From a virus, in the IMG/VR virus record IMGVR_UViG_3300014325_000010, positions 33,130-97,129 of that record: a DNA stretch of 64,000 nucleotides; one strand, given 5' to 3'. Positions 1 through 11,400 of the stretch are shown one piece after another. Below the pieces are notes generated by a model, which worked only from the letters and a program-made list of their open reading frames with translations, was not told where the DNA came from and searched no databases. A program made the position numbers and the translations under genes. Within the stretch, counting starts at the first letter, position 1. Every line of letters begins with the position of its first letter.

Positions 1-2847
1 GATACCGTTTGTAATTTCGCTACCAGTTGCATCTGCTTTAGTCCCAAAACCCTTAACATTAGCATAAATTGGTGCAGCTTCATTACTTACAGCAGTCCAA
101 GTAACAGATCCATCTGTTAGTGTTACACCAGATGCTGGAACTGTCAAAGTATCACTTGATCCAGTTGTGCCAGCTGTAGTACATAACAAAAATTTACTTT
201 GACCATCAACCATATTAGATGCTGGACTTACTGCATCACCAACAGAATAAGCAGTTGTTGCAGCCCAAGAGTCTTTTTGTAATGATGATCCTCCATCTAT
301 TGCAGCAGCTCTCCAACCATCCACTAAGACCAGTGTATAATCGTTGCCACCAATTGTAACAAATTTAGCTCCTCCAGGAACAATATCTGTCCATGTAGAT
401 GAATATGGCCACCAAGTATGCGGATCTGCATCTGGGATAGCTACTCCGCCTTGAAATAGATCGAGGTCATGAACAGCATGGCCACAAACCATAAAGGCAT
501 GTTTGGTTAAGCTGTTGATTGTTACTTCACCTACATCATAGAGTAGTAACGCCCCTTCCGTTTCAATCACATCTCCAGCAATAATTGGAATACCAAATCC
601 AAGAGTTTGCGTTGGACAATTTGGAAAATCATCTTGATTAGTGATTCTTTGCGGAATCATTTTCTCATCCGCAAATAAAGAATAGTCGATACTGATAACA
701 TCATTAGCAGTCACTTCAACTGCTAAATCCTCTTTTAATGCATCCGTATAAACTGGCCCTTGAAATAATAATCGTTGATACCCTCGATTTTTTCGAGTGT
801 CATCATCTACCAAATAAGTATAGAATTGCGCAGAAACCAGATCTCCTCGAGTAAGACCACGAATGATACGATCAGTATCTGCAAAGACTGCAGTCGCGGT
901 TTGTGCTTGCCACGACCTAGTGAGCCAGTCCGATGCTACTCGAGAGATATCTGAAATAGACAGTAGTCTCGGTTCTGTGTAGCCACCATAATATCCATCT
1001 TGATTACGAAGTGCTCGAGTTGCTGCTTGCGTTACATTTCCGTTTTCATCTACTAGTGCCACCCAAAATTGAGGGTGAGAGATTGAACAAGGATCTTCAT
1101 AGACAACATTGATTGCACAAGGATCTTTAATACGTAAAACTGTTGCACTATGATGTGTTATCTTACTCGAAGGTAATTGAGCAAGAATAATACTAGCACT
1201 ATGCTGAGTAACTCTTGTTGATGCTGGCTGCGTTAAAATTACTGTAGCACTATGTTGTGTAACAGCAGTTTTTGCTGGAACAAGGGCAATATCACTAATA
1301 TTGACATTTTCGCTGAGAGAAGCTTCAATCGTTCGAGCAACTGTAACTGTATCGTGAACTTTTATATTCTCTGTACGAATAACATCATTTGGATCAATTC
1401 CAAGAATAGGAGTATCTTGTATCTTAAGAGATTCTGTTAAAGAAGTAGCAAGGCTACCTGAACTAGTGACTTGGTCCTGTACTTTTAGAGTATCAGTAAC
1501 AGAAGCGCCTAATGGATCAAGTAACTCATCAATTGACTGCGATATTTTAAGTGACTCTTGTGTACTAAGATTGAGATCATTACCAGCAGATTTGAACGTT
1601 GCTATACCAACAGCTTCGCTAACAGAAACTGCACCTTCTGTGAATCTAAAATTGTATGCTCCCGTTGAAGAAACTAATCTCCACGAAAAGATGAGACCCT
1701 CTGGACTACTGTCGGCAAGAGCAACATCATTCCACAGTCCACCTGTATTAGTTGTAGAATAAGATTGTTGGGTGCCGTGTGATTGAGAAGAACCACCTAG
1801 CAATAACTCATTTGCTTGACTAGTAGTTGCTGTTGCTCCTGAAGTTTTTGGATTAGCAGAACTAAGGCCACTTGAGACCTTATCTAGTGATGATGAAGCA
1901 TCAATACCAGAAAATTCCATAACACCAAACGAACACGCACTGGATCCGCCAGTAGGTGTTAGCGTGAATGTGTGACTTGACCCTCCTGTAATGTTTTCTC
2001 CATAAAATTGTCCGGCAAATGTACCAGCCCACGCACCAAGAAATGTATTGCCCTTATTATCTGAAACTTGAGTGCCAACCGTAGTTGAGAATGTTCGAGT
2101 AAAGCTTGTACCAAATGCAGAAATAAAGTTTCCTGAAGTAGTGGTCATCCCTGCTGTGGTAAGAGATGTGGCAGCACTACTTGTTGCACTTGCGGACTGA
2201 ACGAACGCTATCGAACTACCTTTAAACGTCGATATACCAATGCGTTCTGTGACACTCGCTTGACCATATCCTGAGAAGAAGGTATACGCACCGGTAGCTG
2301 CAACAATCGAATATGACGAGAGAAGACCCTCTGGCAAATTATCAGGTAACGAAATTTGATCGATAAAAAATCCCGGAATACTGGCAGGAGGGTCAGATCC
2401 GGTGTTAACGCCCCCAATACCAAGCAAAAGTTCGTCAGCTTGGGTCGTTGTAGCAGTATTACCAGAATCTTTTATAAAGGAAGATGAGTTAGTAAACGCA
2501 GTTTTATCGAGAGAACTTACTGTCGCAACCTGCGAAAATTCTAAAACAATAAGTGATAATGACCCAGAACCACCTCCTGGTCTAGTAAACGTGACTGTTT
2601 GACTGCCGCTTCCAGCAATATTTTCAAGATAATAGATTCCTGCTCGTCCTGACCCTGAGTTATTTAATCCGGCATTTAGCCAAGTGCCTGCTCCAGAATC
2701 GGATACTGGAGAACCTGATAGCGTAACAACATTACATCCAACACCAGCAGCTAAAAAATTTCCAGATGTAGAAACAAACGACGCCGTCGTGATAGACGAC
2801 GCCGAAGTTGTCTGGACTGTCTTAGCCTGTACAAATGCCGCGCTCAT
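1..2847 (-). CDS. Putative tail fibre / receptor-binding protein, partial (C-terminus lies beyond the window start). It has two internally repeated LamG/concanavalin-like segments.
   Basis: ATG at 2845-2847 (reverse complement ATGAGCGCG = MSAAFVQAK...). Open minus-strand frame runs to position 1 and is missing from the ORF track only because it has no stop in the window. Translation is S/T/G-rich, with two similar segments (..GSGSLSLIVLEFSQVATVSSLDKTAF.. and ..GGSSACSFGVMEFSGIDASSSLDKVSSGL..). It sits last in the tail module. Confidence 0.55.
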   Translation of the reverse strand, partial: MSAAFVQAKTVQTTSASSITTASFVSTSGNFLAAGVGCNVVTLSGSPVSDSGAGTWLNAGLNNSGSGRAGIYYLENIAGSGSQTVTFTRPGGGSGSLSLIVLEFSQVATVSSLDKTAFTNSSSFIKDSGNTATTTQADELLLGIGGVNTGSDPPASIPGFFIDQISLPDNLPEGLLSSYSIVAATGAYTFFSGYGQASVTERIGISTFKGSSIAFVQSASATSSAATSLTTAGMTTTSGNFISAFGTSFTRTFSTTVGTQVSDNKGNTFLGAWAGTFAGQFYGENITGGSSHTFTLTPTGGSSACSFGVMEFSGIDASSSLDKVSSGLSSANPKTSGATATTSQANELLLGGSSQSHGTQQSYSTTNTGGLWNDVALADSSPEGLIFSWRLVSSTGAYNFRFTEGAVSVSEAVGIATFKSAGNDLNLSTQESLKISQSIDELLDPLGASVTDTLKVQDQVTSSGSLATSLTESLKIQDTPILGIDPNDVIRTENIKVHDTVTVARTIEASLSENVNISDIALVPAKTAVTQHSATVILTQPASTRVTQHSASIILAQLPSSKITHHSATVLRIKDPCAINVVYEDPCSISHPQFWVALVDENGNVTQAATRALRNQDGYYGGYTEPRLLSISDISRVASDWLTRSWQAQTATAVFADTDRIIRGLTRGDLVSAQFYTYLVDDDTRKNRGYQRLLFQGPVYTDALKEDLAVEVTANDVISIDYSLFADEKMIPQRITNQDDFPNCPTQTLGFGIPIIAGDVIETEGALLLYDVGEVTINSLTKHAFMVCGHAVHDLDLFQGGVAIPDADPHTWWPYSSTWTDIVPGGAKFVTIGGNDYTLVLVDGWRAAAIDGGSSLQKDSWAATTAYSVGDAVSPASNMVDGQSKFLLCTTAGTTGSSDTLTVPASGVTLTDGSVTWTAVSNEAAPIYANVKGFGTKADATGSEITNGI

Positions 2848-3447
2848 TTAGTCAGTCGGAATTAATGATGTATTAAGTTGATGGCTTTTGATACCAACAA
2901 GATGTATTCGGGTATTCACTGGAGTTGAAGGACGAGTGCTAAACATCTTTGCAATACCAGGTGCAGGATGTGGAATATCTACCATTACTGTACGTTCGAG
3001 AGAGTTGAGTTCAAGTGGCATGTCATCCGAATAGGTTCCGCGTAATCTTTGCGGTGTTTCATTATCGAGAAGACTCGCCGACACTCGCATTTGATGACTA
3101 TCCCAAGTTGATGGATCAGTCGGAAGAACAGAAACAGTCCCACGCATCAATTTATGGTCAACAGGATGTTCGTGTGTACCCCACGCACTCGCTGAATAAG
3201 TTACAGGTAATCCATTTTTATCAATTTCATAGTGACCCCCGCGAAGAGTCATTTCACCAGCATGTAACCAAGTTTTACCATTATCTAATGAAGCTTCTAG
3301 CAATACGTGAATTGTTGTATTTGGGTCTTTATGCTCGGTAATATCCAGATGCATCTGATGACCTCTGGTATAACGCTGAACTTGCATTGGAATAATATGT
3401 TTTTCATTATGTCCAAGAAGCTGTTTCCGATCATGGCGAATCTTCAT
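2848..3447 (-). CDS. Hypothetical tail-associated protein
   Basis: 199-aa ORF packed tightly between the fibre gene and upstream tail genes. Start overlaps the downstream gene start region. No recognisable motif. Confidence 0.4.
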   Translation of the reverse strand: MKIRHDRKQLLGHNEKHIIPMQVQRYTRGHQMHLDITEHKDPNTTIHVLLEASLDNGKTWLHAGEMTLRGGHYEIDKNGLPVTYSASAWGTHEHPVDHKLMRGTVSVLPTDPSTWDSHQMRVSASLLDNETPQRLRGTYSDDMPLELNSLERTVMVDIPHPAPGIAKMFSTRPSTPVNTRIHLVGIKSHQLNTSLIPTD

Positions 3448-3450
3448 AGC

Positions 3451-4581
3451 TTATGCCGTTTCTGGGCCTAACTCCATCGCATTGACAAGTGATGGAGTAA
3501 TAGTGACTCCACCAAAGTCAATAAAGACTGTACGATATCTAGTGTATGTATCACTCATTACATGTGTGACATCTCCTGGAGTATCCACACCAGCCGAGCG
3601 CACAAATGGAGTTATTTCTGCTGTACCAATAGTGCTCTTTTTCATTACATCTTCAGATATCACAGCTAAGATTGTTCCACTCGATACTGGTAAAGGAGCC
3701 GTAAAATATGTATCTCTTAGCCCGGAAGTTGGACCACCCTCATTATAAGAACCATCACCATCGGGAGTAGCTTCCTTTATCATGTCTCCATGATTAACCC
3801 CACTAGATGGTGTCCATTCAGCATAATTTCCATTCGATGTAAGACCTTGTAACCAATCAACTTCGACGTCACCAATTGGATCAGTCGCACCAACTCCTCC
3901 GCCTAAAGCAAGCGAACCATCTTTCATAACAAAGTCACCAAAATCCCAGGTAACAGATGGTGTTGTCGAGAAGAGATTAGATAACCAACGTAAACCAATT
4001 GCACCAGCTGTCCATTGATTATTACCAGATGGAGCAGTATTTTGACCAGTCAAACTAATGTCGGGAACTGAAGCACCATTAAACCAAAGATCAACAGTTC
4101 CGGCACTAGCATGAGGAATCACTCGAACGCACATTTGCACATGGCTATTTGCTTGCATAACATATGTAGATGTCGCAAGCAATGTTGGTGTGCCTGATCC
4201 AAAATTACCGGTATAGATTGAAACTGTTCCATCTGAATTAATAGCAAGACTTACTTGTGCTGTCGCATTATCGAGGATTGAGAAAAAGGGTTCAGCTGCT
4301 GCAAAATGAGGACCAGAATAACGAAAAGCTAGAGCAGTGATATTGGTGCCGTCATTGGACGGCATAGTCTTTGTGAGATAGTTGTTGTAACCAATCCCAG
4401 AGTGATTGATAAGATTGAATCGTATACCAGGACGTCCACCTCGACCATATGCTCCAATGACTTGTGTGCCTGGAGAAGCTGGACTAAAAGTTTGGGATGT
4501 CCAAAATCCTAATGCTACAGCTTCTGCTGGAGTAGCATAACCACCAAATCCGTCAGCAAAAAGTTTTTGATCATTTGACAT
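3451..4581 (-). CDS. Putative tail tip / baseplate-associated structural protein
   Basis: 376 aa, G/S/T/N-rich beta-type composition, positioned 2 genes downstream of the tape measure protein. Confidence 0.45.
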   Translation of the reverse strand: MSNDQKLFADGFGGYATPAEAVALGFWTSQTFSPASPGTQVIGAYGRGGRPGIRFNLINHSGIGYNNYLTKTMPSNDGTNITALAFRYSGPHFAAAEPFFSILDNATAQVSLAINSDGTVSIYTGNFGSGTPTLLATSTYVMQANSHVQMCVRVIPHASAGTVDLWFNGASVPDISLTGQNTAPSGNNQWTAGAIGLRWLSNLFSTTPSVTWDFGDFVMKDGSLALGGGVGATDPIGDVEVDWLQGLTSNGNYAEWTPSSGVNHGDMIKEATPDGDGSYNEGGPTSGLRDTYFTAPLPVSSGTILAVISEDVMKKSTIGTAEITPFVRSAGVDTPGDVTHVMSDTYTRYRTVFIDFGGVTITPSLVNAMELGPETA

Positions 4582-4584
4582 GGT

Positions 4585-5433
4585 TTATGTCCACTCTGGC
4601 CCACCAGCAGTCATATCTTCCACGGATAATTGAATTGTGTTGTAATTCTTATCTACAGCTTGTATATCTAATGTAGAAGTAAATTGACCACTAGACAGAG
4701 CACCAGGACTTGGTCCTAGGGCAATACGTCCCAGATAAGCTTCTTGACTATCAGAATCTGGTACAAACATTATAAGAGATCTACCACCAGTAGCTTGGTG
4801 TAAAAATTGGAGTGCCTGAGCATTATCATCTGTTACAGCAAGAGTGCCAGTTCTTGTTTCAGAACCAGCCATAAAATCATAAGACCAGTGAAAACCAAAT
4901 TGTGTTGTTAAATCAATTCCGTATTGCGAATTTGGTCGATGACTATTCCATTGAAATTGCCTCCCAGACCCACCTGCATCTCCAGTAAGACTATAGATGC
5001 GATTATACCACTGAAATTTTAAACCAGGAGGAACACTATTCGTTGGAAATACAATTAAAGCATAACGATAATTTCCATTTACTAATTTCCACAGTTTAAT
5101 CGTTCTACCATCACCACGTTTTGGCAAAGCAACTATTGTTTCCTCAAAAGAGGGAGAACCCCAAGAAGGTGTATTATTTGCTTTGATTGTGAAAACTAAA
5201 TCTTCATCACCATTATGCCAGAGAAGAAGACCATGTAAAAACGTAGATACACCAAAATCACATTGAATACTTATATTGAATCCAGAAGCAAGACATGGCC
5301 TCCCAAGATTTCCTCCAGTAAAATCCACAGCATAATTAGGTCCATAACTGGATAAAGCTACACCAGATTGTACACTAACAACAGAAGGAATGATAATACT
5401 GCTTGGTAATGTGTAACAAATCACACCCGTCAT
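4585..5433 (-). CDS. Putative distal tail protein (Dit-like by position)
   Basis: 282-aa ORF immediately downstream of the tape measure gene. Its start overlaps the tape measure stop (5430-5433). Assignment is by position only. Confidence 0.4.
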   Translation of the reverse strand: MTGVICYTLPSSIIIPSVVSVQSGVALSSYGPNYAVDFTGGNLGRPCLASGFNISIQCDFGVSTFLHGLLLWHNGDEDLVFTIKANNTPSWGSPSFEETIVALPKRGDGRTIKLWKLVNGNYRYALIVFPTNSVPPGLKFQWYNRIYSLTGDAGGSGRQFQWNSHRPNSQYGIDLTTQFGFHWSYDFMAGSETRTGTLAVTDDNAQALQFLHQATGGRSLIMFVPDSDSQEAYLGRIALGPSPGALSSGQFTSTLDIQAVDKNYNTIQLSVEDMTAGGPEWT

Positions 5434-8400
5434 GATTTCCTCGCTATAGATTCGAATGCAGTGCGAATTCCACCTTCATCATTACGAATAGATTCTAATA
5501 ATTTTGGAATGAATTTCCCTCTAACATCATTAATATCAGCACCATCTACCTTTATAGAAAAAGTGACATATGTTTGCATTGGTTCTGATTTAGTTCCAGT
5601 ATTGGAACCAGTTCCAATTCCGCCAACACCATGTATTACTTGACCACTGTCAATTATAGGTGGTGAACTGGATTCTGGCGTAGAAGTCTCACCAGAAGAT
5701 CTATTCGTCACATATGGTGGAGGAGTCCAGGGATATCGAGCGAATCCCCCATTATCTGGATTGGATGTATCTATAATACTTGGGAATATTGGATTTCCAA
5801 TTTGGTCTCCTGCTAAAAACGATTCGAACATTTTATTTTGAGCTACTGTTAACACGCGTTCTCCAGGTGTTAACCAGGCAGGAACTGTGTCTGTCGAATT
5901 GAGTCCTCTAATTCCTCCGCCAGTAGCAAAATTTTTCGCTCGAACCACACCACCAAGTGCAAATCCACGTTCCTCACCACTTGTATCTGGTGGTTGAGTT
6001 TCCGGAGGACCATTAGAAACAGTATGAGTTTCATCTACATGAACATGTGTAATTGGTGGCAACCCTCGAAGAGCACGAGCCAAATCATCAATAGTATCAG
6101 TTAATGTTTGAATAGCATCTTGAATAGTTGGCGGAGGAGTAATAGCATCTTTCCAAATACCCTCGTCCTTACTTTGATCAATCATCTGTTGCGTTATTGC
6201 ATCGAGGGGGACACCAAGCTTTTTAGCTTCAATCTCTGCTTGATGTAAATAGTCTTGCATTGGTAATAATGCATCTTTTGTGGTTCCTCCCGCCCGAAAG
6301 GCTGCATCTTGCAAACGTGTGTATAATTGAAGAGCAGTTCGTTGTTGGGCACTAAACATATCAGTCGTTTCTTGACCAATACTGTCTAGACCCGTCATCA
6401 TCTTAGTTAATCCAGAAATACCATTGAATAATGTCCCAGAACCACGTAACATTGTATTCTGTGTAAATAGTTGCTTAAGCCCAACATCCTCAACTTTAAT
6501 ACCAAGATCTTCATATTCTTGTTGAAGAACTGCCAGAGCGTCACTTTCGTCTTTTAATGCATCGAGAGGACTCGCTCCCGCTGCTACTCGAGTGAGGTAA
6601 GTTCCAAGAGCTTCGGAACTCAGGTCAGCAAGTTCTCCTGCTGCATTTTTACCAGCAGTTGTTTGTTTTTCAATTGCATCTTTTAAGTCTTTAGCAGCCT
6701 TTTCTAATTGAGAACTAGAAGCAGTTCCACTTTCAACCAACTTTTTCTGTGCTTCCGTAGCATCATCAACAGCTTTTTTGATATCATCATAGCCAGCAAC
6801 AGCATCTTTCTGCGCAGCCATTACATCATTAAAACCAGACATAATCGCAGCTGTTTGCTGTGTAATAAACTCTCGAACTTCTTTAGCATTCGTGCCGTAT
6901 TTTTTATTCAGGTCAAGAACCCGAGTCCAAGCTTCTGTAATACGACCAGCAGAATCAACTGAAGCAGCAGCAAGATCTTCCGTATTCTGCTTTAATATTT
7001 GTAGAGTTTCTGCAATTGGTTTCATTGCAGCATCAAATTCTTGTGGTGTTTTAGCATCCCACAATTTATGTAATGCTGCTTCAGCTTCTGTTCCTTTATG
7101 CCCAGTTAACGCATAAGCTTCCCCAACAGATTTAATTTCATCTTCGGTGCTACCAAACATCTTGACAAGAGCAGCTTGTTTATCCTTTACTTCATCCCAA
7201 AGTTTACCAGCAGCTCGCCAACCGGCAATAGCACCAGCTATTCCTCCAACTAAAGCACCAATACCAGTGCCAAGAACAGGAACTACCGAACCAATTGCAG
7301 CACCAGCAGCAGCTCCTGCACCTGCTCCCATAGCAGCACCAAGAGGTTTGCTCTCGGTTTTGCTACCAAGCCATTGACCAAGTTGCCAACCAGCAATACC
7401 CGCACCAGCTGCAGCACCCATAGCGCCGGCAGCAGCACCCAATCCTCCCGCTCCACTGCTAGCTGCCATGCTGGATGTAACATTTGGTATCGTCGCCGCG
7501 CCAGCGATCCCGTGACTAGCTAGGGTACCGGCTACCGCCGGGGTCGCAACAGACGCGCCATAAGCCACTGCTGGGGCCGCCACAGTGGAGGCGTAGTGCG
7601 CTGCTATAGCGCCGAAGGCGTATTTAGTTCCAAGGTTTTGAGCAGTACTGACTAAATTATTGCCGATACTCCCACCGCCACCACCGCCACCACCACTATT
7701 GGAAAGATAATTTGAAACACCCGTGTATTGACTGACCCAATTAAGTAATGCTTGTTGAAGTACATTTCGGAAATAGTTCATTATTGGTGCAATGAACAAA
7801 TTTTCAAAGTCGGCCATCATTCCAGCTAAGATATTCCGGAATGGAGTCCACATCGATTGGATTAAAGTAGTTTGAAATGCATCTCCAAAAGATTTTGTGT
7901 CATCGAGGAATTCGCCCCAAGTAGAAGCATTAGTCTTACGCATGTCCTCGTTGAGAGATTGCCATGCGGTCCAGACAGGGTCCATTGCGGCGACCACCGC
8001 AAATGCTTCATCCTTGGCTAATTTAATTCGCGCATTAACAAGTCTTGTATCCGAATCCAAACCTTGTTTACGTAATTTTTCTAAATCAGCTTGTAAAGCA
8101 ATCTCGATTTTAGTAAGTTCAGTTTGTTGCTTTGTTCCAAGAAGACCGAGCATTACTTCTTGATCTTTTAAACGAAGTGCCTCTAATTCAGCATCACTTC
8201 TTTCTTGCCATTTAAAACGATCTACAGCTATTCTCGCGGCACCTTTGGCCTCGATTGCATAGACCATTTCCTGAATATGCTCAGCAGTATCACCAGCCGC
8301 TTTTTGACGTTTGGTGTATTCGTAAATCTCCGTCGTTGTAGCAAGTTGAATTTGTGCGATTTCTTTACCAAGACCTTGTTGTCCTATCTCACCACGGATA

Positions 8401-11400
8401 GCATAACCTTGCATCCACACCTTAGTAATTTCATCATCCGCCTTCTCCCACATATTTGTGAAATTGGTAGCATTTGTTCTATTCTTAACGAGTGCATCAG
8501 CTTGGGAACGAGTTAAGTCTGGAAACATTCCTTCGAGCATTGCAACGCCAGCACCTTGATCTGCCGCAGCTTTGGCGCCATCACGAATACCGGCATTAAT
8601 ACCAGCAATAGTATCTGTAACCGTTGCTCCAAGGGAACGAAAATCATCCCAAGCATCGACGATTTTTCCAATGGCTTTGTATTGTCTCTCGAGTTCCTTA
8701 TTGTAGTTTTCTGCCAGAATTGGACTCATGAATTGTTCGGCATGAGCTGTTACAGAAGCCGGAATACCCTTGGAGAAACCTTCGTTAAGTTGAGTCTTTT
8801 GTGCATCTGTTAATTCAATAACTGCATCTCGAAGTTTCTCTGTTCCCTTGACAGCCTCGATTTGGCTCTTCGTAAGATTGGGAAATTTGGCAGCTACTTT
8901 GTCGACACTATCTCCCATTTGTAGATAATAGTCAACAACTTTTATCTGCTCTGTAGAGAGAGTATCAAGAATACTGAGCCAACCACCAGAGTCTTGTGCC
9001 CAGTCGCTCCATGCTTTATTGTAGTCTTCAATTGCTTTTTTTGCTTTTGAAGTCGTTTCTGCAGATTTTTCAAAAGGATTAACTGGATTGATAATTTTAG
9101 CAACATTAGACCCAGGAGTCACTCCTGAGAAAGGCAATAAATTTCTCGAAGCTAAATCTAAATTTGTGGTGTCACTTGGTAAAAACGAACTATTTTTTAC
9201 AGATTTTTCATGGTCAATTACCCATTGTAATATTCCTTTAATTTCGTTCAGTTTTAAACGAGCTTGATCAATACCTGTTAAATCACCAAATAGTTCTTTA
9301 ATAACGCTTCCATTCGAAGCTTTACTGTCTGTCATCCAGCGCAAAATTCCTTGAATCTCAAGGAATTTTAAACGACTTTCTTCTAGTCCAGTTAGATTAT
9401 TGTACAATTCCCATAACACACTACCACTTGGAACAGGATCATTGAGTAGCCCTGATAATTCTTTAACTTGATTCTTAATATCAGTCATTAAACTCAAAAC
9501 TTCAGGACCTTTGCTATTTTCCCAAAGTTTTTCTAGATCATTCCAATGTTGATAAAGTTCATATACTGCTACACCTAATGCAACAATAATTGCTCCATAT
9601 CCTGTTAATTCGAGAGCAGTCATTCCTCCTAGAAGACCGGCTCCAGCTCCAGCCTCCGTAGCAGCAACACCCACTCCACCTGCACCAATTGCGGGAAGTG
9701 CAGCACCACTTGCTACAGTCCCACCAACTTTTAAAGCAGCTAAAGTTTCTTGAGCAGTTTCTAAAGTTTTAGTTGCAAGAGCAACTTCGGAAAGACCTCT
9801 TTCAACACCGAATAGATCAAGTATGAGTTGAGCAAAACTGATACCAGCTATTTTTTCAAATGCACTGATAAGATGTCCAGCACCAATAGTGGCTTCACCA
9901 AAGAACATTAACGCCGGACCAGCAGCAATAAGAAAGAGTCCAAACGCTGCGGTTGCCGTTTGAATAGAACTTGGTAGTTTAGCCCACCATTCGACTGCTG
10001 CCTTGATGATAGGCAACATGTCTGTCTCAAACCACTTTAATAGTCTTGTAACAATTGGAAGTAATACGGCACCAATTTCAATACCAACATTATGGAGTTG
10101 AGTTTGAAATGATGCTAATTGGAAATTGAATGTGCGAGTAGTAACTTGAAAAGAATCATTCAACGTGTTATTAGCATTTAATAGTTCGTGAGTCGTAAAT
10201 GCGTATCTTTCTTCTTGAGCTCCAGCAGTTGCGAGAACGTCAACGAAAGCTCGAACATTTGGAAAGACATCATGTAATTTATCTAATCCACCCGGTAACT
10301 CCTTCATTCGTTGCGTTAAATGAATTAATGCAACGTCTAAACCCTTGGTAACCATTTCCTCCCGAAGTTCGCTCATCGAAACGCCAAGAGCTTTTAGTCC
10401 TTTCTCAGTTTTAGAACTATCATTCAACATCGTGCTTAAAATAGCACGAATACCAGTTGCAGCAATATCAGTAGAAGCACCTAAGTGGGTAAATGTAGCA
10501 ATAGAAGCATTGATATCAGCGAACTTTAAACCAAATGCAGCAGCAATAGGATTCACACGAGCCAACGCCGTTACTAATTCGTTGACCTTCATATTACCCA
10601 ATTGGACTGTCTTTACCAATTGGTCAGCTGCTTGTTCAGCTGTTAAGTTAGTGCTTTGAAATGTAAGCATTGCGCCCACAACAGCTCGTGTTGTTTCTTC
10701 AACACTACCCATTCCAATTGCACTCATCTTAGCAGAGTGAGTCATAAGATCCATGGCAGCAGCACCACGGAATCCTGCCGATTCGACAACAAATAGACCT
10801 TTAGCTAATTCTTCTGGAGCAATAGCTGTTTCTCCAGATAATTTTAGAATTTCCCCTCGAAGATTTTTTACCTCTTCAGCAGACGCACCAGCGAGAGAAA
10901 CAACTTTTGCCATGCCGGCTTCAAAATCTCCGGCAAATTTTATAGATTCTGCACCAGCCGCAGCTAAAGGAACAGAAATAGCAGCAGACATTGTAACACC
11001 GACAGCTCGCATACCGCGACCAACTTCGGTGATTACACTTCCAACATTCTGCCATTTTGACAAAGCCTCTGCTGTTTTAACAGAAGCTTCTGCATTTTGA
11101 ACAGAAAGTTGTGCTGCTCGTTGTGTGGCTTCAGCAGACGAAGCCATTGCTTTCTTTACAGCAGCATCAGCATCTTCGGCTTGTTTCTTTTGATTAGTAA
11201 ATAGACGTTGTTGCGCGTCGGCAATTTTCGAAGCATTTGCTAGTACACCAGCCCCGGCATCCGCTGCACTTTTCTCAACTTCTTTCAGTGCAACAGAAAG
11301 TTTTTTCGTTCCTGCTTCAGCAACTAATAATTTTTCTGTAGCAACTTGTAATTTCTCAACCATTCCTTGAGAAACAGCAATACCAGCTGCTCTAATTTTT

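Noticed and set aside
3015-3748. Plus-strand ORFs 3015-3341 and 3482-3748 inside minus-strand tail genes
   Set aside because: Antisense to well-formed minus-strand ORFs in a tightly packed operon. No RBS. Compositionally odd translations.
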